Source: Nitrospinaceae bacterium
GTDB taxonomy: Bacteria; Nitrospinota; Nitrospinia; Nitrospinales; VA-1
Direction of reading: 5' to 3'
Assembly: GCA_046754465.1 (NCBI GenBank)
Contig: JBHHVU010000031.1
Location: forward strand, 1-35,817
Length of the DNA: 35,817 nucleotides
Part shown: positions 26,810-35,817 of the stretch, one piece after another
How positions within the stretch are numbered: position 1 is the first letter of the stretch
Layout of the letters: each line of letters starts with the position of its first letter
The notes under the pieces: generated by a model
Told to the model about the DNA's origin: nothing
What the model saw: the letters and a program-made list of their open reading frames with translations, nothing else
Databases searched by the model: none
Made by a program: the position numbers and the translations under genes

Positions 26810-28908
26810 AAGACCGCGATAGACCTTTCTTCCAGGAGATAAGCGGTTCCCCCTCGAAAGATCAGGGAACTTTCCGGTTTGGAGGAATCCAGAAGGGTTT
26901 CCCAGCGTGTCCCTTTTTTGTAGGCGGGAAGAACGAAAGGAATTTCCTCGTGGTGAGCGTTAATAAGAACTAACAGCGTTTTTCCGGTCACCGGTTGGCC
27001 ATTTTCATCCACTTCGTCTATGGCGTCTCCCGCCATCCGTAGGCCGATGCATCGTGCGTAGGGGGTATTCCATTTGGTGGGTGTCATTTCCCGGCCGGCC
27101 GGGGAAATCCAGAGAACATCCTTGCTGCCGGATTTTTTGTTCTTTTTCCCCTTGAAGAATTTCGTCCGTGTCAATACCGGATGGGATTTTCGAAGATGGA
27201 CGAGCTTTTGCAGAAAGCGCAGGAACAGGCGATGCTTTTTGTCCAGGTTCCAGGGATACCAGCTGATCTCGTTATCCTGGCAGTAGGCGTTGTTGTTTCC
27301 CCCTTGCGTTTGCCCCAGTTCGTCCCCGCCCCGGATCAGGGGAACCCCCTGGGAAAGTAGAAGGGTGGCCATGAGGTTCCGTTTCTGTTTTTCCCGCAGC
27401 GCCTTGATGCGTGCATTGTGGGTGGGGCCTTCCGCGCCGCAGTTCCAGCTGAAATTAGCGTCGCTGCCGTCGTGACTATTTTCCCCGTTGGCCTGGTTAT
27501 GCTTGGAATTGTAACTGACCAGGTCCTCGAGGGTGAACCCGTCGTGGGAAGTGATGAAATTGATACTGGCCTGGGGCTGGCGTCCGCCGGGTTGGTACAG
27601 GTCGCTGCTGCCGGACAACCGGCTGGCCAATTCCGGCAGGGTGCCTTCGTCTCCTTTCCAGAACCGGCGGACGGCATCCCGGTACCTTCCGTTCAGTTCG
27701 CACCAGGGGGAGGGAAAATTTCCAACCTGGTAGCCGCCTTCTCCAACATCCCACGGTTCCGCGATCAGCTTCACCCGTGAAAGGATAGGATCTTGATTGA
27801 TAATCTTGATAAAGGCGCTTTGAAAATCCACCGCATGTTTTTCACGGACCAGAGCGCTGGCCAGATCGAACCGGAATCCGTCCACATGCATCTCGTTGAC
27901 CCAGTACCGCAAACTGTCCATGATCAGCGCGAGGACGACAGGGTGGCGGGTGTCGAGGGTGTTGCCGCACCCCGTAAAGTCCTGGTAGAACCTTGGATCC
28001 TCCGCGTTCAAACGATAATAAACGCGGTTATCGATCCCCCGGAAGGACAGGGTGGGTCCCAGATGGTTCCCTTCGGCGGTGTGATTGTAAACCACGTCGA
28101 GGATGACCTCGATGCCCTCGGCGTGAAGGGCCCGCACCATCATTTTGAATTCGCGTACCGGGTCCGCCCCCGGTCCCGAGGCGAACCGGGAATCGGGCGC
28201 GAAATAAGACAGCGTGTTGTATCCCCAATAATTGGTCAGCCCGTTTTGAATCAGATGGTATTCCGTGAAACATTGATGGATGGGCATCAGCTCCACCGCG
28301 GTGATACCCAGGTCTTTGAGATGCTGGATCACGGGTTCCTGGATCAGGCCAAGAAAAGTTCCCCGGAGTTCCGGGGGCACCTCCGGGTGCCGGGCGGTCA
28401 AACCTTTCACATGGGTTTCGTAAATCAGTGTCTGGTTCCAGGGAATTCCCGGCGGCCGGTCGTCCCCCCAGGTGAACGAGGAATCGACGGTCACCGACAG
28501 CGGGGCGTGGGCGGCGTCATCTTGGGGGTTGGGAGCATCGTCCTCCCCGTTCGATTCGAGAGCGTAACCGAAGAGGGATTCATCCCCTTTCCCGGCGCGG
28601 ACCACCCGTTTGGCGTAGGGATCGACGAGCACCTTACCAGGGTTGAACCGGTGTCCCCGGTCCGGAGCATAGGGTCCGTACACCCTGTACCCATACAGGC
28701 ATCCCGGCGGAAGGCCTTCGAGGTAAGTGTGCCAAATGTGGGGGGTCGATTCGGTCAGGGAAACGCGGTCGGATTCCCTGGCTGCGTAGATGGAGTCAAA
28801 CAGGCAAAGTTCAACCTGGGTGGCGTGCCTGCTGAACAGGGCGAAATTAACGCCCCGTCCGTCCCAAGTGGCCCCCAGCGGAAAAGGTTTTCCTTTTTTC
28901 TTCCTCAT
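26779..28908 (-). CDS. glgX: Glycogen debranching enzyme / isoamylase (GlgX/TreX)
   Basis: PLGATWDG-GVNFALFS, NYWGYN, DVVYNHT, DGFRFDLA, AEPWD, HDGFTL, GNNNAYCQDN. Start at ATG 28908 (GAGG upstream); the ORF-track extension to 29160 overlaps the next gene. Confidence 0.95.
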   Translation of the reverse strand: MRKKKGKPFPLGATWDGRGVNFALFSRHATQVELCLFDSIYAARESDRVSLTESTPHIWHTYLEGLPPGCLYGYRVYGPYAPDRGHRFNPGKVLVDPYAKRVVRAGKGDESLFGYALESNGEDDAPNPQDDAAHAPLSVTVDSSFTWGDDRPPGIPWNQTLIYETHVKGLTARHPEVPPELRGTFLGLIQEPVIQHLKDLGITAVELMPIHQCFTEYHLIQNGLTNYWGYNTLSYFAPDSRFASGPGADPVREFKMMVRALHAEGIEVILDVVYNHTAEGNHLGPTLSFRGIDNRVYYRLNAEDPRFYQDFTGCGNTLDTRHPVVLALIMDSLRYWVNEMHVDGFRFDLASALVREKHAVDFQSAFIKIINQDPILSRVKLIAEPWDVGEGGYQVGNFPSPWCELNGRYRDAVRRFWKGDEGTLPELASRLSGSSDLYQPGGRQPQASINFITSHDGFTLEDLVSYNSKHNQANGENSHDGSDANFSWNCGAEGPTHNARIKALREKQKRNLMATLLLSQGVPLIRGGDELGQTQGGNNNAYCQDNEISWYPWNLDKKHRLFLRFLQKLVHLRKSHPVLTRTKFFKGKKNKKSGSKDVLWISPAGREMTPTKWNTPYARCIGLRMAGDAIDEVDENGQPVTGKTLLVLINAHHEEIPFVLPAYKKGTRWETLLDSSKPESSLIFRGGTAYLLEERSIAVLCLLSKTEIR

Positions 28909-28966
28909 TGCCTCGCGATGGGGCTTTGGGGAAGCGGCTTCATGGAGGTGTCCTCGTAAAATGCCA

Positions 28967-29479
28967 TCAATAAACTGGGTTATGAAAATAGTAAAGTGCG
29001 TCGTCTCCCGGTGTGATGGTATAGTCAGGCAGGCTGGAACATTGTTCCAGTACGATTTTCCAGGAACCGCCGTCTTTTTTAAAGACATAGTTGCAGACAC
29101 TATGCTGTCTTTCATCCGTGTCCGTACTCTTGGAAGTGATGCTGCTGATTTCGTCCGCAAGGATATAACCCAGGACTTTACCTACCCGGCCGGCGAGCAC
29201 TTGTCTTTGGGTTTGGCAATTCATTTCCCGGAAGTCGGACATCATCTGGCGGTAACCCGTGATCCGGTTTTCGAGGAGGGCGCGTTTGTCGTCCGCCATG
29301 ATGACCAGTTTGGGCGCATAAAACTGGGTGATTTTTTCCGGCTGGGTGCATACCAGGCTGTCGACTTTTTTGAGGATGGTGGTGAGTTCATCCGTGTCCG
29401 CGGCGGAGGCATTCTCCAGCCCGGTCAGAGGAAAAATCATCACTGCGGCGAGAGCGATTCTTGCAATAAATTTAAACAT
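28967..29479 (-). CDS. Secreted NTF2/SnoaL-like fold protein
   Basis: GGAGG RBS, signal peptide (...ASA-A), alpha+beta pattern ending YVFKKDGGSWKIVLEQCS typical of NTF2-like domains; 4 Cys. Confidence 0.7.
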   Translation of the reverse strand: MFKFIARIALAAVMIFPLTGLENASAADTDELTTILKKVDSLVCTQPEKITQFYAPKLVIMADDKRALLENRITGYRQMMSDFREMNCQTQRQVLAGRVGKVLGYILADEISSITSKSTDTDERQHSVCNYVFKKDGGSWKIVLEQCSSLPDYTITPGDDALYYFHNPVY

Positions 29480-29566
29480 TAAAATTCCTCCAGGGCATCA
29501 AAACAGGCTTCGATTTTAAAAAAATCCGTTCGCATGGACGGCAATGGACCCTTTCATAATGGACGA

Positions 29567-31744
29567 TCAAGGAAAGTTTTGAAAAAAGATTTCCACGGTT
29601 TCCCCATCACGCCCCCAGCCGAAACTCCCGGAACCGGCCAGGGTGGTGATGATTCCCCGAGTATCGACTTTTCGTATGCGGTTGTTCCCCATATCCGAGA
29701 TATATAAATTGCCCTTGGCATCAAACGCGATGGCGGAAGGACCTTTAAGCATGGCCTTCACGGCGGGGCCCCCATCCCCGAAAAAGCCCTGAATCCCTCT
29801 CCCGGCGACGGTCACGATTTTCCCGTCCTTGGTGATTTTTCGGATGCGGTTGGTATATGCCCCGGCGATATACAGTTCCCCGGAAGGGCTGAGGGCGAGG
29901 TCGTCCATGGACCGAATGCCCGCCTCCAGGGCCGGGCCGCCGTCACCGGAATATTCATGCGTGCCGTTGCCCGCGATTGTGCTGACGATGCCATTGGGAT
30001 CGATTTTCCGAATCCGGTTATTGGCGGTATCGGCAATGAACAGATTACCCGCCTTATCCGCCACCAGGGCTTGGGGATCCCGAAACGCCGCCTGCTTGGC
30101 GGGTCCGCCATCTCCAAAATAATCCGACTCCCCAGTTCCCGCGAAGTTGGTGATGTTCCCCTTCGTATCCACCATGCGGATTTGATGATTGATGCGGTCG
30201 GCGATATAAAGATTGTTCTTACCGTCGAAAGTGATATCCGAGAACTGGGTCATGACCGCGATTTTGCTTTTCATGGCCACTGCCTTGGAACGGGAGGCTT
30301 TCAAGGCCGCAAGATATTTCGGATTCGACGTATTCAGGAATTCGTGGATGATGCCCTTGCGGTCAATCTTCCGGATGATGCTGATAAAACCGCTGGGACT
30401 GACCAGGAAAATTTCGTCCTTGCTGTTGACCGTCAGGGAACTGACCCCATAAAGAGAGGCTTTGAGCGCCGGGATACCATCCCCGACATTCCCCCGGTGA
30501 CCGGTTCCGGCGATGGTGTCGATGATGCCGTCGGGCGTGATTTCCCGGATCCGGTAGTGGCCCTCGTCCGAAAAGATCAGATTGCCCTTGCTATCGGTGA
30601 CCATGCCGTGGGGAAAATTGAGGTTGCTGCCGGCGGCGGGTCCACCGTCCCCAGCAAATTTTTTGAGTCCGTTCCCAGCCACCGTAATGACCTTCCCGGT
30701 TTTGGGATTGATTCGCCGGATCCGGTAATGCGACCGGTCGATGACCAGCACCTGCCCCTGGTTATCCACCGCCACACCAAAGGGAAGGTACAAATTAGTG
30801 TCCCGCGCCAGTTCCGAATCGCCGTTGTAATCCTGCTGTCCGGTGCCTGCAACGGTTCGAATCATGCCCTGGGGGTCGACGACGCGGATTCGGTTGTTGT
30901 TCCGGTCGGCGATGTAGAGATTTCCCTGGTCATCCAGCGCCACGTCCGTGGGTCCGGCGATGCTTGCCCGGTAAGCGGGGCCGTTATCGCCGATGAAAAA
31001 GAACCCACCGTCCCCGGCGATGGTGGTGATGATGCCGTTGGGGTTCACTTTTCGGATCCGGTTGTTTCCCCGGTCGGCGATGTAGAGGTTGTCCTTTTTA
31101 TCGATGGCCAGTCCGAAGGGTTTGTCCAGGGTGGCCTTGAGAGCCGGGCCCGCGTCTCCATGATAACCATCCTTTCCATTGCCGGCGAATGTGGTAATAA
31201 TGCCTTTTTTGTTCACCACCCGGATGCGGTTGTTGGACCGGTCGGCAATGTAAAGGTTTCCTTTGCTGTCCAAAGCCACGCCGGAAGGCAGATTGAACTG
31301 GGCTTGGGTTGCCGGGCCGCCGTCTCCACTAAATCCCGCTGTTCCCATTCCTGCAACCGTTGTGATGATTCCCCGGGTATCGACTTTTCGGATGACATGG
31401 TTTTCCCGGTCGGCGATGTAGAGGTTGCCTTGCTTGTCGACCACTAGACCCGCCGGGGTTCTCAATTGAGCCTCGACCGCGGGGCCGCCGTCGCCTTTAT
31501 AGCCGGAAGAGCCCGTCCCGGCATACAGAATCATTTTCCCTTCCGGGTCGATCCGGTTGATTTTGTTGTGTTCCCTTCTGGAAATATAAATGTTTCCCTC
31601 GCCGTCCACCGCGATTCCGTCCACCAGGGAGATCTCTATTTCCGTGGCATTGATCCCCTTGGCCAGACCCGGTGTAGGAAATCCCAAGGAAAGGATTAGT
31701 GAAAGGGCTATTAGTTTCAAATAGTTGTTAAGATGATCGGGCAT
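29567..31744 (-). CDS. Secreted NHL-repeat protein, 12 repeats (probably two six-bladed beta-propellers)
   Basis: Twelve repeats of the type G-A-D-GNLYIAD-NNRIR-...AG-G...GDGGPA; signal peptide. Start ATG 31744 (GAGGA upstream) or TTG 31762. Confidence 0.92.
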   Translation of the reverse strand: MPDHLNNYLKLIALSLILSLGFPTPGLAKGINATEIEISLVDGIAVDGEGNIYISRREHNKINRIDPEGKMILYAGTGSSGYKGDGGPAVEAQLRTPAGLVVDKQGNLYIADRENHVIRKVDTRGIITTVAGMGTAGFSGDGGPATQAQFNLPSGVALDSKGNLYIADRSNNRIRVVNKKGIITTFAGNGKDGYHGDAGPALKATLDKPFGLAIDKKDNLYIADRGNNRIRKVNPNGIITTIAGDGGFFFIGDNGPAYRASIAGPTDVALDDQGNLYIADRNNNRIRVVDPQGMIRTVAGTGQQDYNGDSELARDTNLYLPFGVAVDNQGQVLVIDRSHYRIRRINPKTGKVITVAGNGLKKFAGDGGPAAGSNLNFPHGMVTDSKGNLIFSDEGHYRIREITPDGIIDTIAGTGHRGNVGDGIPALKASLYGVSSLTVNSKDEIFLVSPSGFISIIRKIDRKGIIHEFLNTSNPKYLAALKASRSKAVAMKSKIAVMTQFSDITFDGKNNLYIADRINHQIRMVDTKGNITNFAGTGESDYFGDGGPAKQAAFRDPQALVADKAGNLFIADTANNRIRKIDPNGIVSTIAGNGTHEYSGDGGPALEAGIRSMDDLALSPSGELYIAGAYTNRIRKITKDGKIVTVAGRGIQGFFGDGGPAVKAMLKGPSAIAFDAKGNLYISDMGNNRIRKVDTRGIITTLAGSGSFGWGRDGETVEIFFQNFP

Positions 31745-32144
31745 GATGGTCCTCTTTGGCAAGTTACGGTTCCTTTAACGAAGCCCGCAGGGACTCGTAA
31801 CAAATTTCATCTTTAGGAATTGGGAAATTGCTTGAAATCCAGAAAGGTCAGGCCGGGACTTTTCAGGATAATCCCCGGCGGCTATCCCATCGAATAATTA
31901 ACAATAAATTCCTCGAACCGGAACCACAACGGCAGAACGGGGAGAGTCACGGGAAAATCGCCATGAATTTCCGATTATACCGGGGGGTTACCATGTATTT
32001 TTGGATTTATAAATCAACAATTATACGTCGGTGGTTAGGTATGTCAAATGGATTTTAAAGGGATGAGAATTGTGGGGACGGGAAGAAGGGTGCCAGGGGG
32101 TTCCATGAAAATCCCCTTCTGTTGTGGGAAACCCGGTTCAATAA

Positions 32145-32153
32145 TGCTATGAT
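32145..32153 (+). promoter_or_regulatory. Putative extended -10 element of the radical SAM pair
   Basis: TGCTATGAT ending 9 nt before ATG 32163; no clear -35 or Shine-Dalgarno. Confidence 0.4.
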
Positions 32154-32162
32154 TTATCAATC

Positions 32163-33965
32163 ATGAAAACGATATTGATCTTTCCATCACAGTGGTATCC
32201 CACTCAGCCCTACCTGAGTACCCCTTACCTGACCGCCTATTTGCGCGCCCAGGGATGGGAGGTGGAGCAGCGGGACTTCAACATCGAATCCTACGACCAT
32301 TTTCTTTCGCCGCCGCTGTTACATCAGGCGGTCGAGAAAATGGAAGCCAGGCTGCAAGCGGTCCGGTCTCGAAAAACCATGACCATCAAGGATAAATCCC
32401 TTCTGGACGTTCTGTCTACGGGAATCCGGTTTTCCCCCGCGATCATTTCCCAGGTGGAGGAAGCCAAAACCGTCATGCGGACGCCTGACCGGTTCTTCGA
32501 TTTCGACACTTACCAGCAGGCCGATATGGTCATCAAGTCCGCCCTCAAGTTGGTGTCGGATGCCTATTCGCCGGCGATTCTGTCCTTGTCCACCTTTGAA
32601 AGCGGCACCCGGGCGGAAGATTCGACCTCAAAAGCTCGGGAGGTCACCCGGGACCGCGAGACCAATCCCTTCATCGGCTTGTATGAAGAGACCCTGCTTC
32701 CCGCCACGCCGTGGGAAGAGTATGCCGTGGCGGGAATCTCCATTGTGGGTATTTCACAGATCGTTCCCGGCCTCACCCTGGCCCGGATGCTGAAAGAAAA
32801 ATATCCCCATCTGCATGTGGTGCTTGGTGGGCCCATCTTCAGCGTCAACGCGGGTCAACTGGCCGGGCGGAAGGAATTTTTCGAGGAATTCTGCCACAGC
32901 ATCGTTACCTTTGAAGGGGAGGAACCGCTGCATCGCCTGTTGAGCGCCCTGAAATCCGGACCCGATCTCAAGTCCGTGCCCAACCTGCTTTTTCTGGATG
33001 GGGAGGAAGTCCGGCTGAACCGGGAGCGGGTCGAGTTGCGTTTCGAAGACCTCCCCCCGCCCACGTTCGATGGCTTGCCGATGAACCGCTACTTGTCCCC
33101 GTACCCCATCATTCCGGTTCTGCAAAGCCGCGGGTGTTACTGGGGGAAATGCACCTTCTGCACCCATAGCTATATCTACGGACACCGCTACGGCAAACAA
33201 CGGACCCAGCAGATGGTGGACGAACTGGAAAGGCTCTCGAAAAAATACAAGACGCGGTATTTTACATTTTCCGACGAGGCGGTTTCCCCGCATTCGCTCA
33301 ACGATATTTCCGGCCTGATGCTTGAAAGAGGCGTGGAAATCCGGTCGCTGGCTCTGTTGAAATTTGAAAAAGTCATGGATGACACCTTGTTCCGTAAAAT
33401 CCACCAGGCCGGTTTTATTTTCCTCATGTACGGATTGGAAAGCGCCAATGACCGGGTGCTCGCCCTGATCGACAAGGGCACTTCCAAGGCAGTGGAACGG
33501 GATGTCCTGCGAAGGAGTCACGCCGCGGGGATCTGGAACCACGCCTTCCTCTTTTTCGGGTTTCCCACCGAAACCCGCGGGGAAGCCCAGGAAACCATCG
33601 ATTTTCTCATGGGGAATCTCGATTCGATCCACTCCTTCGGTCCGGGCGTTTTTCTTTTGAACCGGGATTCGAGCTGCTATCAGTTTCCGGAAAAATACTC
33701 CATTTCCAAAATCCTTCAGGATCCCGAAGCCGATATCGCGATGAATCTGGATTTTGCCGCCGACGAGGGCATGACCCGTCAGGAGGCCGTTGAAATGAAC
33801 GACCGCTGTGTCAAAATGGCGGAGGAAAAGTTTACCTCGCTCAAAATCTGGGGAACCCTGCCCAGGGAACATTTTCTCCTCTACCTCGACCGGTATGGAA
33901 AGAATGCCTTGGCGGGAAAATCCTCTCCGCCGGAATCTGAGGAAAAAGTGCTCTGCAAGGCGTGA
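32163..33965 (+). CDS. Cobalamin-binding radical SAM protein (class B methyltransferase-like)
   Basis: N-terminal B12-binding domain (PYLS, GIS, VVLGGP, FEGEE), SRGCYWGKCTFC cluster motif, FSDE, GLES, GFPTET. Confidence 0.93.
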   Translation: MKTILIFPSQWYPTQPYLSTPYLTAYLRAQGWEVEQRDFNIESYDHFLSPPLLHQAVEKMEARLQAVRSRKTMTIKDKSLLDVLSTGIRFSPAIISQVEEAKTVMRTPDRFFDFDTYQQADMVIKSALKLVSDAYSPAILSLSTFESGTRAEDSTSKAREVTRDRETNPFIGLYEETLLPATPWEEYAVAGISIVGISQIVPGLTLARMLKEKYPHLHVVLGGPIFSVNAGQLAGRKEFFEEFCHSIVTFEGEEPLHRLLSALKSGPDLKSVPNLLFLDGEEVRLNRERVELRFEDLPPPTFDGLPMNRYLSPYPIIPVLQSRGCYWGKCTFCTHSYIYGHRYGKQRTQQMVDELERLSKKYKTRYFTFSDEAVSPHSLNDISGLMLERGVEIRSLALLKFEKVMDDTLFRKIHQAGFIFLMYGLESANDRVLALIDKGTSKAVERDVLRRSHAAGIWNHAFLFFGFPTETRGEAQETIDFLMGNLDSIHSFGPGVFLLNRDSSCYQFPEKYSISKILQDPEADIAMNLDFAADEGMTRQEAVEMNDRCVKMAEEKFTSLKIWGTLPREHFLLYLDRYGKNALAGKSSPPESEEKVLCKA

Positions 33966-34009
33966 AAAAATAGTGAACCCGGTGATTTTCCGAAACCTGG
34001 AATGAAACC

Positions 34010-35817
34010 ATGAAAGTCCTGCTTCTGTTTCCTCCCGACTGGCTGCCGTCGGAACCGTATTTGAGTCTGCCGTCGTTGACATCGGTCCTGCGTCCGGCGG
34101 GTCACGAAGTGATCCAGAAAGATATCAACGTTGAAATGTACGAAATGTTTTTCAGCGGTCCCTTCCTGGACCACGTGGGTCAACGGATCACCCGCGAGCT
34201 TCAGCACCTCCAGTACACGGAAAGAGAGCGGTCCCTGGACGAAGAAGAACAGGCGCTCAAGGAGCAGCTCCTCGCCTGCACCCCAGAACGCCGCGAACAG
34301 TTCAAGAATGATATCCGCCGGGCCAAGGAAATCCTTCGCGGGCAAGCCTTTTACGACATCGATCAACTGGAATGGGCCACCCAATGCCTGCATCAAACCA
34401 TGGCGCTGATCTCCCTGGCCTACTACCCGGCCCAGATCTGTTTTCCCCCCATCGAAACCGATCTCGTATACAAACCCTTCATGTCGAGCGAAATTCTCGA
34501 GGCACTCGACGACGGCCAGATCAATGTCTATCGCGATGTGTATCGGCGGCTGATATTCCCCGTCATGGAAAAAGAGAAACCGGGAATCGTGGGGATCTCG
34601 ATCGTTCAGCAGAAGCAGTTGATCGCCACCTTCACATTTTGCAAACTGATCAAGGAGGATTTTCCGGACACCCACATCACCCTCGGGGGAAACATCATCA
34701 CCCGCATCCGCGACGTGCTGCCCCGGATCGATGGGTTGTTCCAGTATTTCGATTCCGCCGTGGTCTATGAGGGCGAGAGCGCCTTTCTGCAACTGGTCGA
34801 GGCCTTGGAAAATCACGCGGATTTGTCCCGGCTCCCCAACCTGATCTATCAGGATGAAACAGGCGTCCACGTGAACAAGGAAGTGCACGCCGAGGATTTA
34901 TCCCAACTGCCACCGCCGGATTTCGACGGCATGCCGCTGGAAAAATACTTTGTGCCGGAACTCATCCTGCCTTATCTGGCCACCCGCGGCTGTTACTGGG
35001 GACGCTGCACCTTCTGCGATCACTTCCAAGGTTACGTGGAGGGGTTCCGTACCAAGCAGGTGGACCAGATCGTTGAGGAAATCGAATCCCTGAAACAGAA
35101 ATACGGCACGCGGTTTTTCCATTTCACCGACGAGTCCTACCCCCCCGCGCTGTTCCGCAAACTTTCTCGTCAGCTCATCGAAAAAAAATCCGGTATTGTG
35201 TGGACCACCCACATGCGGTTCGAGGAGTCCCTGCTCGATGACCCGGTCTGGCGGGACGCCCAGGCCTCCGGCTGCCGGTACCTGCATTTCGGGTACGAGT
35301 CGGGCAATCAGCGGGTGCTGCGACTGATGGACAAGGCGACCGATCTGGACGCGATCCAGACCAATCTGGCCATGTCCTCAAAGGCGGGCATCTGGAACCA
35401 CATCATGGGCTTTTTCGGGTTCCCCGGCGAGACCTCGAAGGAATGCGAGGACAGCAAGCAGTTTGTCCAAAAAAACAGGGATCATATCCACTCCCTCGGG
35501 TTCATGACCTTTGTCCTGGGAAAATACAGTCCCGTGGCCTTCGAACCGGAAAAATACGGCCTGACCTATTATAAGAACCCCGAATGGGATCTGGCATTGG
35601 ATTATTACTTCACCGTGGAAAAAGGTTTGGGCATCCAGGAGGCGTTGGAGATCTTTGAAGAATTCGAGAAAAACCACGATCCCAAATGGGACCTCAGAAC
35701 CTGCGTGCGGGAGTACATCTTTCTTTACATCGAGCGATTCGGGACCAATAACCTGCCCCAACTGCGCATGAAGTCCGGCCAGCGGCAACAGCCCTACCAA
35801 AGCCCCGTCGGCATGGT
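34010..35817 (+). CDS. Second cobalamin-binding radical SAM protein, 3'-truncated by window end
   Basis: Hand translation from ATG 34010: MKVLLLFPPDWLPSEPYLSLPSLT...TLGGN...YEGE...TRGCYWGRCTFC (motif at 34991-35017)...FTDE...GYESG...GFPGET, open to the end. Absent from the ORF track because it has no stop in the window. Confidence 0.93.
   Translation, partial: MKVLLLFPPDWLPSEPYLSLPSLTSVLRPAGHEVIQKDINVEMYEMFFSGPFLDHVGQRITRELQHLQYTERERSLDEEEQALKEQLLACTPERREQFKNDIRRAKEILRGQAFYDIDQLEWATQCLHQTMALISLAYYPAQICFPPIETDLVYKPFMSSEILEALDDGQINVYRDVYRRLIFPVMEKEKPGIVGISIVQQKQLIATFTFCKLIKEDFPDTHITLGGNIITRIRDVLPRIDGLFQYFDSAVVYEGESAFLQLVEALENHADLSRLPNLIYQDETGVHVNKEVHAEDLSQLPPPDFDGMPLEKYFVPELILPYLATRGCYWGRCTFCDHFQGYVEGFRTKQVDQIVEEIESLKQKYGTRFFHFTDESYPPALFRKLSRQLIEKKSGIVWTTHMRFEESLLDDPVWRDAQASGCRYLHFGYESGNQRVLRLMDKATDLDAIQTNLAMSSKAGIWNHIMGFFGFPGETSKECEDSKQFVQKNRDHIHSLGFMTFVLGKYSPVAFEPEKYGLTYYKNPEWDLALDYYFTVEKGLGIQEALEIFEEFEKNHDPKWDLRTCVREYIFLYIERFGTNNLPQLRMKSGQRQQPYQSPVGM

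Noticed and set aside
28909..29160. 84-aa N-terminal extension of GlgX in the ORF track
   Set aside because: It overlaps the NTF2-like gene in another frame; GlgX homology begins at MRKKKGKPFPLGATWDG.
29957..31447. 496-aa plus-strand ORF and DNA-level periodicity
   Set aside because: Antisense to the NHL gene; the periodicity comes from the protein repeats and is not a CRISPR or non-coding array.
31828..32058. 76-aa ORF upstream of the radical SAM pair as a possible RiPP precursor
   Set aside because: TTG start, weak ribosome-binding site, no leader/core pattern, and it lies in the probable promoter region. Conservation by tBLASTn would be needed to revive it.
32080..32095. Sigma54-like TGGCAC on the minus strand
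   Set aside because: The -12 element reads TTCC rather than TTGC.
31763..32162. Possible cobalamin riboswitch upstream of the B12 enzymes
   Set aside because: I could not find the ordered AGGGAA / GCCCCCGC / GCCACTG / GGGAAG B12-box elements; an Rfam scan would settle it.
32754..35800. Minus-strand ORFs over the radical SAM genes
   Set aside because: Antisense shadows; the plus frames carry the complete radical SAM motifs.

Overview
Gene-dense, GC-rich bacterial chromosomal window, mostly coded on the minus strand. The gene content (c-type cytochromes, tRNA-Arg(UCG), tandem B12 radical SAMs, large NHL propeller, SspB) suggests a Nitrospinota/Nitrospirota- or deltaproteobacteria-like organism; this is inference, not proven. 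From left to right: a tRNA cluster (His-GTG, Arg-TCG, partial Pro-TGG) interrupted by a Spy/CpxP-like gene; sspB; a secreted MBL-fold hydrolase followed by a tandem ~68-bp REP-like repeat; a membrane protein plus ArnT-like glycosyltransferase; ilvB; amgK-like kinase, lptG and ppx; a thioredoxin-like [2Fe-2S] ferredoxin; engB; DUF1015; a four-gene c-type cytochrome operon with 25 heme motifs (12+10+2+1) behind a stand-alone Hpt gene; a glycogen/trehalose cluster (glgX-treZ-treY-treT); secreted NTF2-like and 12-repeat NHL proteins; and, divergently, two tandem cobalamin-dependent radical SAM paralogues, the second truncated by the window end and missing from the ORF track. No transposase, integrase or CRISPR array was seen. 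The best candidates for an uncharacterised system are the multiheme operon and the NHL/NTF2 plus tandem B12 radical SAM locus.
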